A program made the position numbers and the translations under genes. Below, one piece after another: positions 30,757-40,645 of a DNA stretch of 64,000 nucleotides (position 1 is its first letter; each line of letters opens with the position of its first letter). Source of the DNA: Candidatus Velthaea sp. (lineage in GTDB: Bacteria > Vulcanimicrobiota > Vulcanimicrobiia > Vulcanimicrobiales > Vulcanimicrobiaceae); the NCBI GenBank assembly GCA_965214935.1, contig CBDCCS010000010.1:32001-96000 (forward strand), in the 5' to 3' direction. The notes under the pieces are model-generated. The model saw nothing but the letters and a program-made list of their open reading frames with translations. It was not told the origin of the DNA and searched no databases.

Positions 30757-31034
30757 TCCTGCCTCGTTTGCGCTCTCGCGACGGTAATTACGGCACCGCT
30801 GGTATCGAGCGTAACTCGAATCCGACGTCGGCCTTCGGCATACCCAAAGTAGTTTATTCTACCTGAGTGGCCGGTAGTCGTTTTTGTTGGTTTTGACACC
30901 ACGGCAAGGACGTCAACCCAGCTGATCCCCCGCTGCAGCATACGCCCAACAACATGGACCGGGTCCTTATTCGGGTCGATGCGTGGTGTTGGCGGCCTTG
31001 CTTCCGGCGGATTCGTACCAGCCGAGCCAGACAC
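30753..31034 (-). CDS. DUF4258 family protein (predicted RNase toxin)
   Basis: H...RMLQRGIS..DV..V...P...IRV......VITV. Confidence 0.78.
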   Translation of the reverse strand: MSGSAGTNPPEARPPTPRIDPNKDPVHVVGRMLQRGISWVDVLAVVSKPTKTTTGHSGRINYFGYAEGRRRIRVTLDTSGAVITVARAQTRQE

Positions 31035-31346
31035 TTGGACCGTACGCGCCGCCCGCTACCTCAAACTTTTTCGACAATGGTTCTCGTCATACCGCGCGTA
31101 GCGCCCTTCGCCGGAAAATTTTCTAGCATGTCCGCGACGTCAAAAACGTTGAAAGCGATTATTGAACCTTATTCCTTCGGATTATGCCGGCAACAACAAG
31201 TTCTACGCTACGACGTCCGCCAGCTCCCCAACACATTTGATAGCATTGCGTGCGAAGCTGGCGACTTTCAATTCGCTGGCCTGGTCGCTGAAAAGCGATT
31301 GCTAACCCAACGTTTGCGCGCTCTGAAGCACGTTTTTCTGTTCAAC

Positions 31347-31670
31347 CTACGTGCGCGCATCATCAACCTCGCGAATCGCGCGCTCCAATCGGCTCTTCTT
31401 GGTTTCGTCTGTGCGCTGTACGCGCAGAGCATCGGCCTTTGCGTACGCCTCGCGAAAATCTGACGCAGCTTTTTCCGGATAGAAGCAGGGCGTTCTGCTT
31501 TCTCCGAGCAGAGCGTTCAGTTCCAATAGCGCGAAGCCGTCCTTGTCAAAGACGTGGCGTAGCATCACCGCGCGTATGCGTTGCTCGCGCACCGTCGCCG
31601 GCTCCTTGGTCCAATCGATGTCAGAATCTTGTTCCGGGGTATCCAGCGTTGTCGCATCGTTGTCGTTCAA
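31347..31670 (-). CDS. Hypothetical protein
   Basis: 107-aa charged ORF with AAAGGA upstream of a TTG start; no recognised motif. Confidence 0.55.
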   Translation of the reverse strand: MNDNDATTLDTPEQDSDIDWTKEPATVREQRIRAVMLRHVFDKDGFALLELNALLGESRTPCFYPEKAASDFREAYAKADALRVQRTDETKKSRLERAIREVDDART

Positions 31671-31943
31671 ACGTAACGTGTTCCTTTCGCTCGCGTACAG
31701 CTCGAGAGAGTTGTGCTGCGTTGATACTTTTTCTCTCCTCGACGACGCGTTTCATTCGGTCGCGCAGTCCGACCGAAATCTTGCGGCGGGATGTTGAGAC
31801 TTACTCTGGCTAAAGCGCACTCTTTGGTCAGCGGACCCTGTCGACAGCTTTGCGGCCACTTAGCAAGATTAAAGAACCGAATACTAGGGTCGAACCTCAC
31901 GTCCCCTACAAAACGCGGCTGATTCGCGGAGTTAGCAAAGCTG

Positions 31944-32783
31944 CTAAAACGCAACTCCGCCGGCGCCCTTAAGAGCGAGCATCTCACGTGCATCATCGGG
32001 CGACGCTACCTCGAGCCCTAAGCCTTCGATGATCTGACGCGCGCGCAATACTTGTTCAGCGTTACTTTTCGCCAACTGTCCGGGGCCAATCCACAGATTA
32101 TCCTCGAGTCCCACACGCACGTTGCCGCCGATCGCTGCCGCAATCGCCGCAATGTTGAACTGATTGCGTCCGGCACCTAACACCGACCAGCGGTAATTGT
32201 CGCCGAAGAGCCGGTCGGCCGTACGCTTCATATGCATGACGTCGTCGGGATGGTTGCCGATGCCGCCTTGCAAACCAAAGACCGTTTGAATGAAGAGCGG
32301 CGTCTTGAGCAGTCCGCGGTCGAAAAAGTACTTGAGATTATACAAGTGCGCGGTATCGTAGCACTCGAACTCAAAGCGGGTCCCGTTACCCGAACACGTG
32401 TCGAGAATGTACTCGATTTGCCCGTAAGTGTTTTGAAAGATGATATTCTTGTTTGCGAGATACGTGCGTTCCCACTCGTGTTTGAGTTCGGTAAATCGGT
32501 CGAGCATGCCGAAAAGCCCGAAGTTCATCGAGCCAAGGTTGAGCGATGCAATCTCGGGCTTGAACGTCGCCGCAGGCCGCACGCGTTCCTCGATCGACAT
32601 CGTCGGTGCACCGCCGGTCGTGATGTTCACCACGACGTTCGCTCGGCGCTTGATGTCAGGTAAGAATTTTGCAAACGCTTCCGGCGTTTGATCGGGCGCG
32701 CCCGTGGCCGGATCGCGCGCGTGCAAGTGCACGATTGCCGCACCGGCTTCAGCCGCGCCGACGGCGGCGTCGGCAATCTGTCG
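31944..32783 (-). pseudogene. 3-keto-5-aminohexanoate cleavage enzyme (BKACE/DUF849), N-terminally truncated
   Basis: AAEAGAAIVHLHARDP, ITTGG, ASLNLGSMNF, EFECYD, GGNVRVGLEDN. The usual N-terminal IITCAxTG segment is missing. Confidence 0.85.
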
Positions 32784-33298
32784 CGCGGATGCTCGTAGGC
32801 GGATTGATTTGATCGCGCGGCGGCAAGCAGCACACGCCCGACGCCGGAAACCGACGTAAGGTCTAAAATCGCGCGAGTGCGGGGACCCCCTTGCACGACC
32901 CGAGCCGGAGCTTCTCCGGAATGGCAGATGTCGAGGACGCACAGAATGAACTTAGCGCGGGATGCGCTGAAGGCATCGACCAGATTCTGCAGCGGCACCC
33001 TGCTCGCCGACCAACTGGAGAGGTCGGTGTCGTAGCCAACAATCCCATAGTCCTGTGTACCGTGCGTCGCGAACGTTAGTACGACGACGTCTTCCTCGTT
33101 CGCGGTCTCAAGCATGGCGATCGCTTCGCGCATCGCCGTCACCGTCGCAGTTTCATTCCGGTACAGACGAGCATCCATCCCCGTCAGGCCGTCCGCGAAG
33201 AGTGCCCATAGCGCTGAGGCGTCGCGCACGCACGCTGCGAGTTCTGTGATGCTGGGATCAGCGAAGCGATCTATGCCGAAGAAGCGTCCGTGAATCAC
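32784..33298 (-). pseudogene. Caspase-family (C14) peptidase domain, C-terminally truncated
   Basis: FFGIDRF...RDA..L, FATHG (His), LDICHSG (Cys), LLAAA...Q.AYE; then runs out of frame into the BKACE sequence. Confidence 0.82.
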
Positions 33299-33762
33299 GT
33301 CGTTACAGCCTCGTCGATCGGGGCGACGTCGTCCGCATCATCTTCCGTCATGCCGGCGTTTTTGAAGACTTCTGCAACGACGCGTCCGGTGTCGGAAACC
33401 TTGAACGAGCAAACAACGCGCTGACCCGTGACCTGGCGCCATGCGAGATCCTCGACTAAGCCAGAAAGCTCGAGCCACGTGTAAGTCCGATGCTTGTCCA
33501 GCGACCATTCTCGGACGGTGAAATCGCAGAGCCGCACGGCATTGTTATCCCGCTGATCGATAGCGGCTCGGAGAACCTTAACGTGGTTTTGCCAATCGCT
33601 TTGGAATGACGCGGGCGCGAGCGTAAAATGAAAGAGCGCGTTGACGACGCGGCTCAACGGCAGGTTCAACAACGAAGCCGTGTCGTGGAGCGCGTCCGCC
33701 GCCGACTTCGGAATCCGTAGGTATGTTGAAACGGTGTCCTCCATCGCTTTTGCCACGACCAT
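33295..33762 (-). CDS. Hypothetical protein with RHH-like N-terminus, coupled to the caspase gene
   Basis: STYLRIPKSAADALHDTASLLNLPLSRVVNAL; GTGA overlap with the downstream gene. Confidence 0.65.
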   Translation of the reverse strand: MVVAKAMEDTVSTYLRIPKSAADALHDTASLLNLPLSRVVNALFHFTLAPASFQSDWQNHVKVLRAAIDQRDNNAVRLCDFTVREWSLDKHRTYTWLELSGLVEDLAWRQVTGQRVVCSFKVSDTGRVVAEVFKNAGMTEDDADDVAPIDEAVTT

Positions 33763-33786
33763 CCCTTTTCGATCTTGGGCCTAACG

Positions 33787-33810
33787 CCCTCTGACAGGTC
33801 CGTCAGAGGG
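33787..33810. promoter_or_regulatory. Inverted repeat CCCTCTGAC-N6-GTCAGAGGG, candidate operator
   Basis: Perfect 9-bp arms about 25 bp upstream of the RHH-like gene. Confidence 0.5.
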
Positions 33811-33887
33811 TATCTACCGCACTCATGTTCAGAACGAGGAATCGGGTTCTTCGCGACGCCGGCCGGTGATTAACGAACGCTGCGGTT

Positions 33888-34560
33888 TGTATCGTTAATG
33901 TAAGTCCCCCGGGTCTACCGTAAATTTCGCTCCGCCGCGAACGCTGAGGCGTATCGCGGCGAGCCTGCCTGTCCCCGACATAACCATGAGCTCCCTGAAC
34001 ACCGCCTTTCTCGTTACCCCGGTCCGGCGCAGCAAAGTGGCCATGCCGAACATCTCGCAAAGCTCAGAGTACGAATCGGCAATGTCACGCTGACGGCCGC
34101 GATGAACGCCCGTTACCGCCGTCGTAGCATTATCGAAAACACATCCTCGCGGCGAACCGCCGAACGCGACGCATGCCGCTACGACACTGTCAAGCAGCGA
34201 CGGCCAATCTTCGCTTCAATAGATCTTCGCAAAGAGTGTGCCACTATAACTGAGCCGAGCCGTAAAGAGGTGCCGCTTGACGGGTAGTGATTCAATCGCA
34301 ACGTACACGTCTTTAAAGTCGATTTGCATTTGATCACCAGGCGCATGTAATTGACGCACGAACGCCTCGCGTGGAACCGACTGCGTACGGAGCCGAGCAA
34401 TAAAAACCCGCGCAGCCCGGTCTGAAATGAGTAGCGGTATGTCATTTCGCATCCGTAGCACGGCGACGATTCGCGACGTATTGCGCGGTCATCCCGAAAC
34501 GCCAACGCTACCGCCGGTCGCGTACATCAAATCAACCACAGTTCTCAGAAGCATGGTCAC
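33888..34560 (-). mobile_element. istA: IS21-family remnant (degenerate istA, internally deleted, no istB)
   Basis: EAFV...HAPGDQMQIDF, F..RLSYSG, GGSP..CVFDN..TAV, P.RGNEKGGV...GY across stops and frameshifts. A possible TGT-starting terminal repeat begins at 33888. Confidence 0.8.
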
Positions 34561-34613
34561 CGGTGATGTGAAATCCATTAACACGTTCCGGATCGCCTGG
34601 AAAAATTAAGCGA

Positions 34614-36107
34614 CTATTGGTTAATTGCACGTGCCCGCCACGCTTCAAAATCACCTCGTATTTGAGTGGTTAACACTTTCAAGTGCGCCGTCGCCTCCGT
34701 AATCGTCGGCGTTTTAAGCCTCCGCTGAAGCAATATCAAACCACCGATCGTTACTGTTAAAGTTACGGCGATAGACAATAAATAAGTAAGCGTGAAATGA
34801 AGCAAATTATAACCGGCTACGATCACAATTGCGATAAGCACGCTGACCACAAGTATAGCGATCTGCTGTGCTCTGTATAACCGATTCCAAACCGCTGAAA
34901 CAAAGACGAGCGGGCCCTGTAAAGCCGAAAAATTAACTAAGCCGACAACAACGCCTCCATTTGTTGAACCTTCAGGGAAAATGATAATGACTGCTACGGC
35001 CTCACCAGCGTCAACCGAGCCAATTAAGATGGGAATTTCGTAACGTGAAGGATAACGCTGCTGCGTTGACGCGTCTTCAAGCGAAAACGACGTTGCAACG
35101 ACTACTGGTTCATTGTTTCGATTCGTTGAGGGGACTTTACGCGGAACAGGCGAGCGAACTATACCTATGAGAATTTCTAAATAGAATCTCGGATCCCAAG
35201 ATTCTTCGCGAAATGCCGAACGATCTAGAGATTGAACATACTGTACAGGAAGAGGGTGTTCGCCGGCTAGGCGCATTGTTAAGTTGCGGATCGTCGTCTC
35301 GGGATACGACCGCATTGTGTGATCTGTGAGTAAACGAATAAGTTGTTCGCGATCGAGAACCCGGTTATTAGGTAAAATCGCAACAGTATTAACGTGCTGT
35401 AAGACTGCGTCAATTAATTTATCAGAATCCTTTGGTGGAACGCCAAACTTGTGGCCCCAGAACACCAACAGGCGTTTTATTTCGATTTGGATTTTACTGA
35501 GAGGAATGTGGCCCGTATCAAATTTGAGCGGTGCAATAACGTCGTTGAAAAACTCATCGACGGGCGCATGGCTTATGTAATTATTGAGATCGTTCGTAAA
35601 TTTAATTTTGCTCAGAAATGCGCGTATCCGCTCTGTTCCGGCGCGACGATCACTGAGAACATCGCATTCTCGAATGGAGTTCCAGAGAAGCAGGCCAGGT
35701 TGGTCGAACGATTCGCCGCGTTCCAATACCGGTAATGAAGTTGTTAACAAGCGAAACTGGATAGTATAATCGTTGTTTTTGCGAGAAACATTCCAATAAT
35801 TTTGGATTGCATCTTTTACCTGACGGCTACGCAGGCTAATGTTACCCGACTCTGCCTTGATTTGATATAAAACCGCTCTCGATCCGCTTACACGATCGAA
35901 ATCTTCAACGCTCTCAACGAACAAAACCTCATCAATCTCATTCTCGTCTGCTAGTTCGAGCCACGCAAGAGCTGTCAAGGCTATCTGATACGAATAGCCA
36001 CGTAAGGAGGAAACCGCTTGTCGAGCAGAGTCACCGTCAAGTGGACGAATGCGCGATCGTGAAGACGAAGCTGGCGCGGTTGGAGAATCATCGCCACCTG
36101 AGCTCAT
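34614..36107 (-). CDS. Cap4/DUF4297-like PD-(D/E)xK nuclease domain protein with C-terminal TM helices
   Basis: RQAVSSLRGYSYQ...E..ED.D...YQIK restriction-like motif; two hydrophobic helices near the C-terminus; visibly AT-rich. Confidence 0.7.
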   Translation of the reverse strand: MSSGGDDSPTAPASSSRSRIRPLDGDSARQAVSSLRGYSYQIALTALAWLELADENEIDEVLFVESVEDFDRVSGSRAVLYQIKAESGNISLRSRQVKDAIQNYWNVSRKNNDYTIQFRLLTTSLPVLERGESFDQPGLLLWNSIRECDVLSDRRAGTERIRAFLSKIKFTNDLNNYISHAPVDEFFNDVIAPLKFDTGHIPLSKIQIEIKRLLVFWGHKFGVPPKDSDKLIDAVLQHVNTVAILPNNRVLDREQLIRLLTDHTMRSYPETTIRNLTMRLAGEHPLPVQYVQSLDRSAFREESWDPRFYLEILIGIVRSPVPRKVPSTNRNNEPVVVATSFSLEDASTQQRYPSRYEIPILIGSVDAGEAVAVIIIFPEGSTNGGVVVGLVNFSALQGPLVFVSAVWNRLYRAQQIAILVVSVLIAIVIVAGYNLLHFTLTYLLSIAVTLTVTIGGLILLQRRLKTPTITEATAHLKVLTTQIRGDFEAWRARAINQ

Positions 36108-36518
36108 TTATTACATACCTACGTAGGGGCGATCTTCGAAACCTACTTATTGCCCGCAAATTGCATTTTCCGGACACGGTAAGGCAAGCCTGTTTGCTGT
36201 CAGCGATGCCAAGCGCCATACGTCCTCGGCTAACTACGATCGCACCGTGACGATCTTCCACGAATGAGCTACTGAACGGTGACAGGCAGCGGCGAGCCAA
36301 CGCCCACTTTCCAATTCGATGAATGCAAGAAGGAAGTCGCTTGTCGGAGCGGAGCCGGCAGCTCGAACAGGATGGGACGATAGAACCGGCGCCCTTACAC
36401 TGTCGTACAATTATGCAACCGAGCGAAGTGGAAGGCGGGCTCGCGCGAAGGATGCTTGAGGCCGATCGCGACCGCATCTGAGATCGAAACGGGGTCATGC
36501 TCGGCTCTCAAATTGTCG

Positions 36519-37088
36519 TTAAAGAATGTCTCGATACAGATCAGCTAAGGTGAATTGTAAGTCAACGGTTGTCAGGCTCACGCATTGATCTGCGCTTATA
36601 AGGTCGTCACCGTCGGGTAGGAGCCTTCGTTCGTTGGTACGTCGGAATAGCCGTACCCACATGCTGCGCGAGTCGATCACAAGATATTCCATGATGGACT
36701 CAACTGCGTCGTAGACGATCGGCTTGCGATACATATCGTTTGTTACCGAGCTTGGTGAAATTACTTCGGCGACAAAGTTCGGCGAAGTTACGTAAATGCG
36801 GCCGCGTTCTCGCGGCTCGCACGTGACGAGGACGTCCGGTACGACTGACGATGGACGGTCCAGATGACGACGAACGGACACTCCACCCTGATGAACACGA
36901 CACGGCGCCGTTACTACTGGCAATAACCAACTTGTCAGGCGAACGGAAATTAGACTGTGCTCTTCGGTGCCTGTTGCGAAGCCATACAAGATACCGTCGT
37001 GCAGTTCATAGGTAAATTGCTCGTTGGCCGTCAGTGTCCAATCGTCAAACTCGGCAATGCTCATACGCTGGGTGCTCGGCGCGATCAT
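36519..37088 (-). CDS. Uma2 family endonuclease
   Basis: YELHDG...H...PDVLVTC...P..VAEVISPSS...D...K...Y......EYLVID. Confidence 0.92.
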   Translation of the reverse strand: MIAPSTQRMSIAEFDDWTLTANEQFTYELHDGILYGFATGTEEHSLISVRLTSWLLPVVTAPCRVHQGGVSVRRHLDRPSSVVPDVLVTCEPRERGRIYVTSPNFVAEVISPSSVTNDMYRKPIVYDAVESIMEYLVIDSRSMWVRLFRRTNERRLLPDGDDLISADQCVSLTTVDLQFTLADLYRDIL

Positions 37089-37139
37089 TGGCGATTCTTA
37101 TTCGACACGGCAGTAAGTCTTTTCAGCTTGCCGGCATAA

Positions 37140-37514
37140 TTAGTGGTCGTCGCGAATGTCGAAGCGGTTGACCTTGCCATCCTGCAGCTTGAACATGTGC
37201 CCAACCGTCTTATCCGTAAGCCCGTGGGTTTGGTTACCCAGCGGCTTGCCGTTCAAGTCGAAAACGGCTTGATTGACCTCAACGATGATTGACCCATCCG
37301 AAGTCGTATCGAAGCTTATGGGTTCGACGCGCGGACTGACGATAGCCCACTGCCGCGTCCAGTATTCACGGACACCTTCACGGCCGCGTACGTAGCCACC
37401 GTCCATGCCGTTTGCCCAAATGACATCATCGGTAAGTGCGCTCAGGACGCCGTCGATGTCGCGTGCATTGAAACAACTATACATACCTTGAATAATTGTA
37501 ATATCGTTAGACAT
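37140..37514 (-). CDS. NTF2/SnoaL-like protein
   Basis: Y..FNARDIDGVL....DV.WANGMDGG...GRE.VREYWTRQW. Confidence 0.88.
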   Translation of the reverse strand: MSNDITIIQGMYSCFNARDIDGVLSALTDDVIWANGMDGGYVRGREGVREYWTRQWAIVSPRVEPISFDTTSDGSIIVEVNQAVFDLNGKPLGNQTHGLTDKTVGHMFKLQDGKVNRFDIRDDH

Positions 37515-37591
37515 TGGCTTGTTCCTCAGATAAGGATAACGATTTGATAAGCGACGGGATTCGGCGCTTCGCTTCAGAAACGCCGATAGAT

Positions 37592-38080
37592 ATGCACATA
37601 TATAACATCGGCGTATGCAAATTGCAAGATCGCAATAGATACCTGGACGTGCTTGCTACGCCAGGACACCTTATTAGCCGTGCGGCACGGAGCTTCGCGC
37701 GCCTAAGCGAGGTTCGCCTCAAGCCGCTCGGTTTTGGCATCGGCCATCTACCGGTTTTGGTCGCCCTTCAAAGCGGCCGCGCCGACACGCAGCGTGATCT
37801 CGCGCGCTTCGCGCAGATGCAGCAGCCGCCAATGGCGCAGATGCTTACGCGCATGGAGCGGGACGGACTCATCCGACGCAAGCCCGATCCTGGCGATCGA
37901 CGCAGTAGTCGAATTGCCCTTACGAAGGTAGCGCTAGCGCGGCTTCCGGAGGCGGTGGCGACTCTGTTTCAGGGCAATCGCGACGCGGTTGAAGGCTTTT
38001 CCGACGAGGAACTTGAGCAACTTAACGATCTACTTAATCGCCTCATCGCAAATCTCGATCGGCTTACGGGGGCGCAATAA
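37592..38080 (+). CDS. MarR family transcriptional regulator (copy 1)
   Basis: TQRDLARFAQMQQPPMAQMLTRMERDGLI.R.PDP.D.RS; divergent from the NTF2 gene. Confidence 0.9.
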   Translation: MHIYNIGVCKLQDRNRYLDVLATPGHLISRAARSFARLSEVRLKPLGFGIGHLPVLVALQSGRADTQRDLARFAQMQQPPMAQMLTRMERDGLIRRKPDPGDRRSSRIALTKVALARLPEAVATLFQGNRDAVEGFSDEELEQLNDLLNRLIANLDRLTGAQ

Positions 38081-38109
38081 GCCCCGCTCTATAAACAGCG
38101 AAGCGTCCG

Positions 38110-38508
38110 TTAGACCAGCAGCTCGAAAGTATCAAATCGAGAAGCTTTTCTGTCAAAAGTTAACGTGTACGCGCATCCGGCTCTGACGCCAAGCTCCCCA
38201 ATAAGCGCATCTGCGAACGACGCGTCGTCATTCTTCGCTCTTAACATCGCAGCGAAAACGGCTTGTTCGGACTCAACATGCAAGTGATCGACTCGAAGCA
38301 TGCCCTCAATCACTTCGGAGATCTCGTAATTTGTCGCATCGTATGCGCGCGCGAGGACCCACGCTGTCTCAACGATCGTGACAACACTGATAAATCCCCG
38401 CTTCTGCGATGTTAATCGATCGAACATCATCGTTGCAAGATCGAACTGAACCCGATCGTCTTGCACGATATACCGAACTATTACATTCGTATCAAGTCCG
38501 ATCATCAC
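38110..38508 (-). CDS. vapC: VapC family PIN toxin
   Basis: IGLDTNVIVRY, ETAWVL, FADALI, TFDRKA; homologous to 17166-17561. Confidence 0.92.
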   Translation of the reverse strand: MMIGLDTNVIVRYIVQDDRVQFDLATMMFDRLTSQKRGFISVVTIVETAWVLARAYDATNYEISEVIEGMLRVDHLHVESEQAVFAAMLRAKNDDASFADALIGELGVRAGCAYTLTFDRKASRFDTFELLV

Positions 38509-38759
38509 CGTTTTCGAGCTGGCGGTGCTTCGGCGCCGGAAATTGCAATCGCTTCATTCATTTGCTGTATCGAAACCGATCGCTTAGATTTGATTGCGCC
38601 TTTAAGGGCTGATGCTTTGATCTTTGGAAGAAGTACGACGCTACCATCAGGATGCAAGAAGAACTTAATTTTATCGCCCGGCTTCAGGCCAAGATGTGCT
38701 CGGATCACCTTCGGAATAGTGGCTTGCCCTTTTGTTGTAATCGCTGATTCCACAACCAT
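38505..38759 (-). CDS. vapB: AbrB/MazE-type VapB antitoxin
   Basis: ITTKGQATIPK.IR..LGLKPGD; overlaps vapC. Confidence 0.92.
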   Translation of the reverse strand: MVVESAITTKGQATIPKVIRAHLGLKPGDKIKFFLHPDGSVVLLPKIKASALKGAIKSKRSVSIQQMNEAIAISGAEAPPARKR

Positions 38760-38785
38760 GTATTACATTCACCAAAAAGTAATAC
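38760..38785. promoter_or_regulatory. Inverted repeat GTATTAC-N12-GTAATAC, probable vapBC operator
   Basis: Directly abuts the vapB start codon. Confidence 0.55.
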
Positions 38786-38873
38786 CTGCTGCGACAAGTG
38801 AAGCCCGGTTGCAAAGGCTACGTCGTATCATTGCCAGCGCAACTCTCAATATCACCGCTCTGAGCGAAGCTTG

Positions 38874-39509
38874 CTAGTCGGTAAGAGAATCTATTTCATG
38901 TTCGTCGGAACTAATTCGATCAGCGATCGATGGAATGGTCGTACCGGCGTAGATTTGTTCGAAGGTCAGCGACGATGCTAGTGATGGTAAAAAGACGGGT
39001 CCGCGCAGATACTCGCACGATACAAGCCGTCGGCTAGCGTTTTCCGAGTCGATCCAGCTGAAGCGATTCACGCATTTCTTTCTCGAGTCGATGATGAGAT
39101 AGTCTTGCAAGTCGGCTAATGCCAGATAGGCGCGCCGCTTATCAGTGAATTCCTCGCCAATATGCCGCGAAAGTATTTCAATAACGAGTGTGGGATAATG
39201 TGCCGCCGCTCCCGTCCGATCAGCCTGCCGACACGAAACAAAGATGTCGGCATAGAATGAACCAAGGTTTCGAGCGGTCGCATCGCGTGGAACGAGCTTC
39301 CGGCCCGAGCCTCGAACAAAGCATGGGCCGTCCGATCCGAGTGTCGTTTGAAGAAGAGTCGTAACGTTCGCCTGAATCGCGGCGTGTTCATCAGGGACAC
39401 CAGGCAACTGGACGACGGTACCGGCGATCCACTCGTATCGATCGGCTTGCCGCTCTTCCCAAACGAGGAAGTCGTGTAGCGAAATTTTTTCTGCCCGGGG
39501 TCCGCGCAT
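38874..39509 (-). CDS. Uma2 family endonuclease
   Basis: RYEWIAG...H..I..N...ADIFVSC...PTLVIEILS...K...Y...L.DYLIID. Confidence 0.88.
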   Translation of the reverse strand: MRGPRAEKISLHDFLVWEERQADRYEWIAGTVVQLPGVPDEHAAIQANVTTLLQTTLGSDGPCFVRGSGRKLVPRDATARNLGSFYADIFVSCRQADRTGAAAHYPTLVIEILSRHIGEEFTDKRRAYLALADLQDYLIIDSRKKCVNRFSWIDSENASRRLVSCEYLRGPVFLPSLASSLTFEQIYAGTTIPSIADRISSDEHEIDSLTD

Positions 39510-40219
39510 ATCGACTCTCCAGGCGCCAAGTATAACACGCTGGTAAGTGCTACTCCCTCCGCTTCTTCTTCGCGATTTCGGCGGCCTCAAGCACCGCTTC
39601 TGCTGAACCGCTCCGGCCGTCGATCGAAAGCTATCGCTACCGGCTCGGCACTGCGCCGGCTTGACCTTTCGGGGGTTCGTTAGGTTGAGGCGACGACCAC
39701 GTTATGTGCTGCATTTCCGCGACGCTAAGGCGTTCTAGTCGCCGAATTTGCGCGAAAAATAGGTTAATAGGACGCCGCATGAAAGGCTCGGCCGACTTAG
39801 CTGCGCATCGTCGCCTGATCGCCGTGCTTCTAACGTCTATTGCAGACGAGATCAGATAGCTACCGAACCACCGTAATCGGCAGGCAGTCACGACGTGTGC
39901 CGTCGATGCAAAGCGTTAGCCACGCGACACGGTACGCTAATGCACGGATCTCGATGCGATCTCCGCCCATGCGTAACCGTTCGCGTAATCCGTCGCGTCC
40001 GGACGGCGTGTCGACATGACCGTTAGTTCCTGACTAGCCCAAGCGTTGATAGGCGGCGTTCGCCGCGCAAGCATGCTTTAAACCTTCGGCCTTGACCGGT
40101 AAGTCGCGGGCAACTCGATCTAGTGGCCAATGGCTCACGACTTTATTAAGCTTGCCTGTTAGGCTTTCTTAGCGAGCTGACTGCTTCTGCGTTTTGGTCA
40201 TCGGTCCGTTTGCGGAGCT

Positions 40220-40645
40220 TTGCCCAAACCGGCGATCCGGCAACTTATCGCGCCACTTAGTGACGAGGAGAACAACTTGCACCCGGTATCAGCCAAGGCA
40301 TTTGTCCGACTGACCGACGTTGCACCGATCACTCGAATAGCCGAACATGGCGGCTCCGGCTCGATTTCGTTCCGGCGCCTTCTGGCCGACGCTGCTTTTA
40401 CATCAGCAATCGACTTTGTCGACGTGAGCGTGATCGCGCCGGGTAGCACGATCGGCCGGCACGAGCATCACCAAACTGAAGAGTTGTATCTTATCGCAGC
40501 CGGCATGCCACTGGTCACCGTTAACGGCGAGTGTCGCCGTCTCAATGCTGGCGATGTGAGCGTCGTTCGTTCGGGTCAATGGCATGAACTCGTCAACGAT
40601 ACCGAGCAACCCGTACAAATTTTCGTCATCCAGGTACGGCATTGA
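40220..40645 (+). CDS. Cupin domain protein
   Basis: PG..IG.H.H...EELY....G and G..H.L.N cupin motifs; overlaps the cyclase start. Confidence 0.88.
   Translation: MPKPAIRQLIAPLSDEENNLHPVSAKAFVRLTDVAPITRIAEHGGSGSISFRRLLADAAFTSAIDFVDVSVIAPGSTIGRHEHHQTEELYLIAAGMPLVTVNGECRRLNAGDVSVVRSGQWHELVNDTEQPVQIFVIQVRH

Noticed and set aside
31944..32942. 332-aa ORF as a full-length BKACE
   Set aside because: The first ~53 residues are an off-frame reading of the caspase gene; the real N-terminus is missing.
34558..34590. Second terminal inverted repeat of the IS21 remnant
   Set aside because: Only a short CATTAAC match to the 33888 end; no convincing repeat or target duplication.
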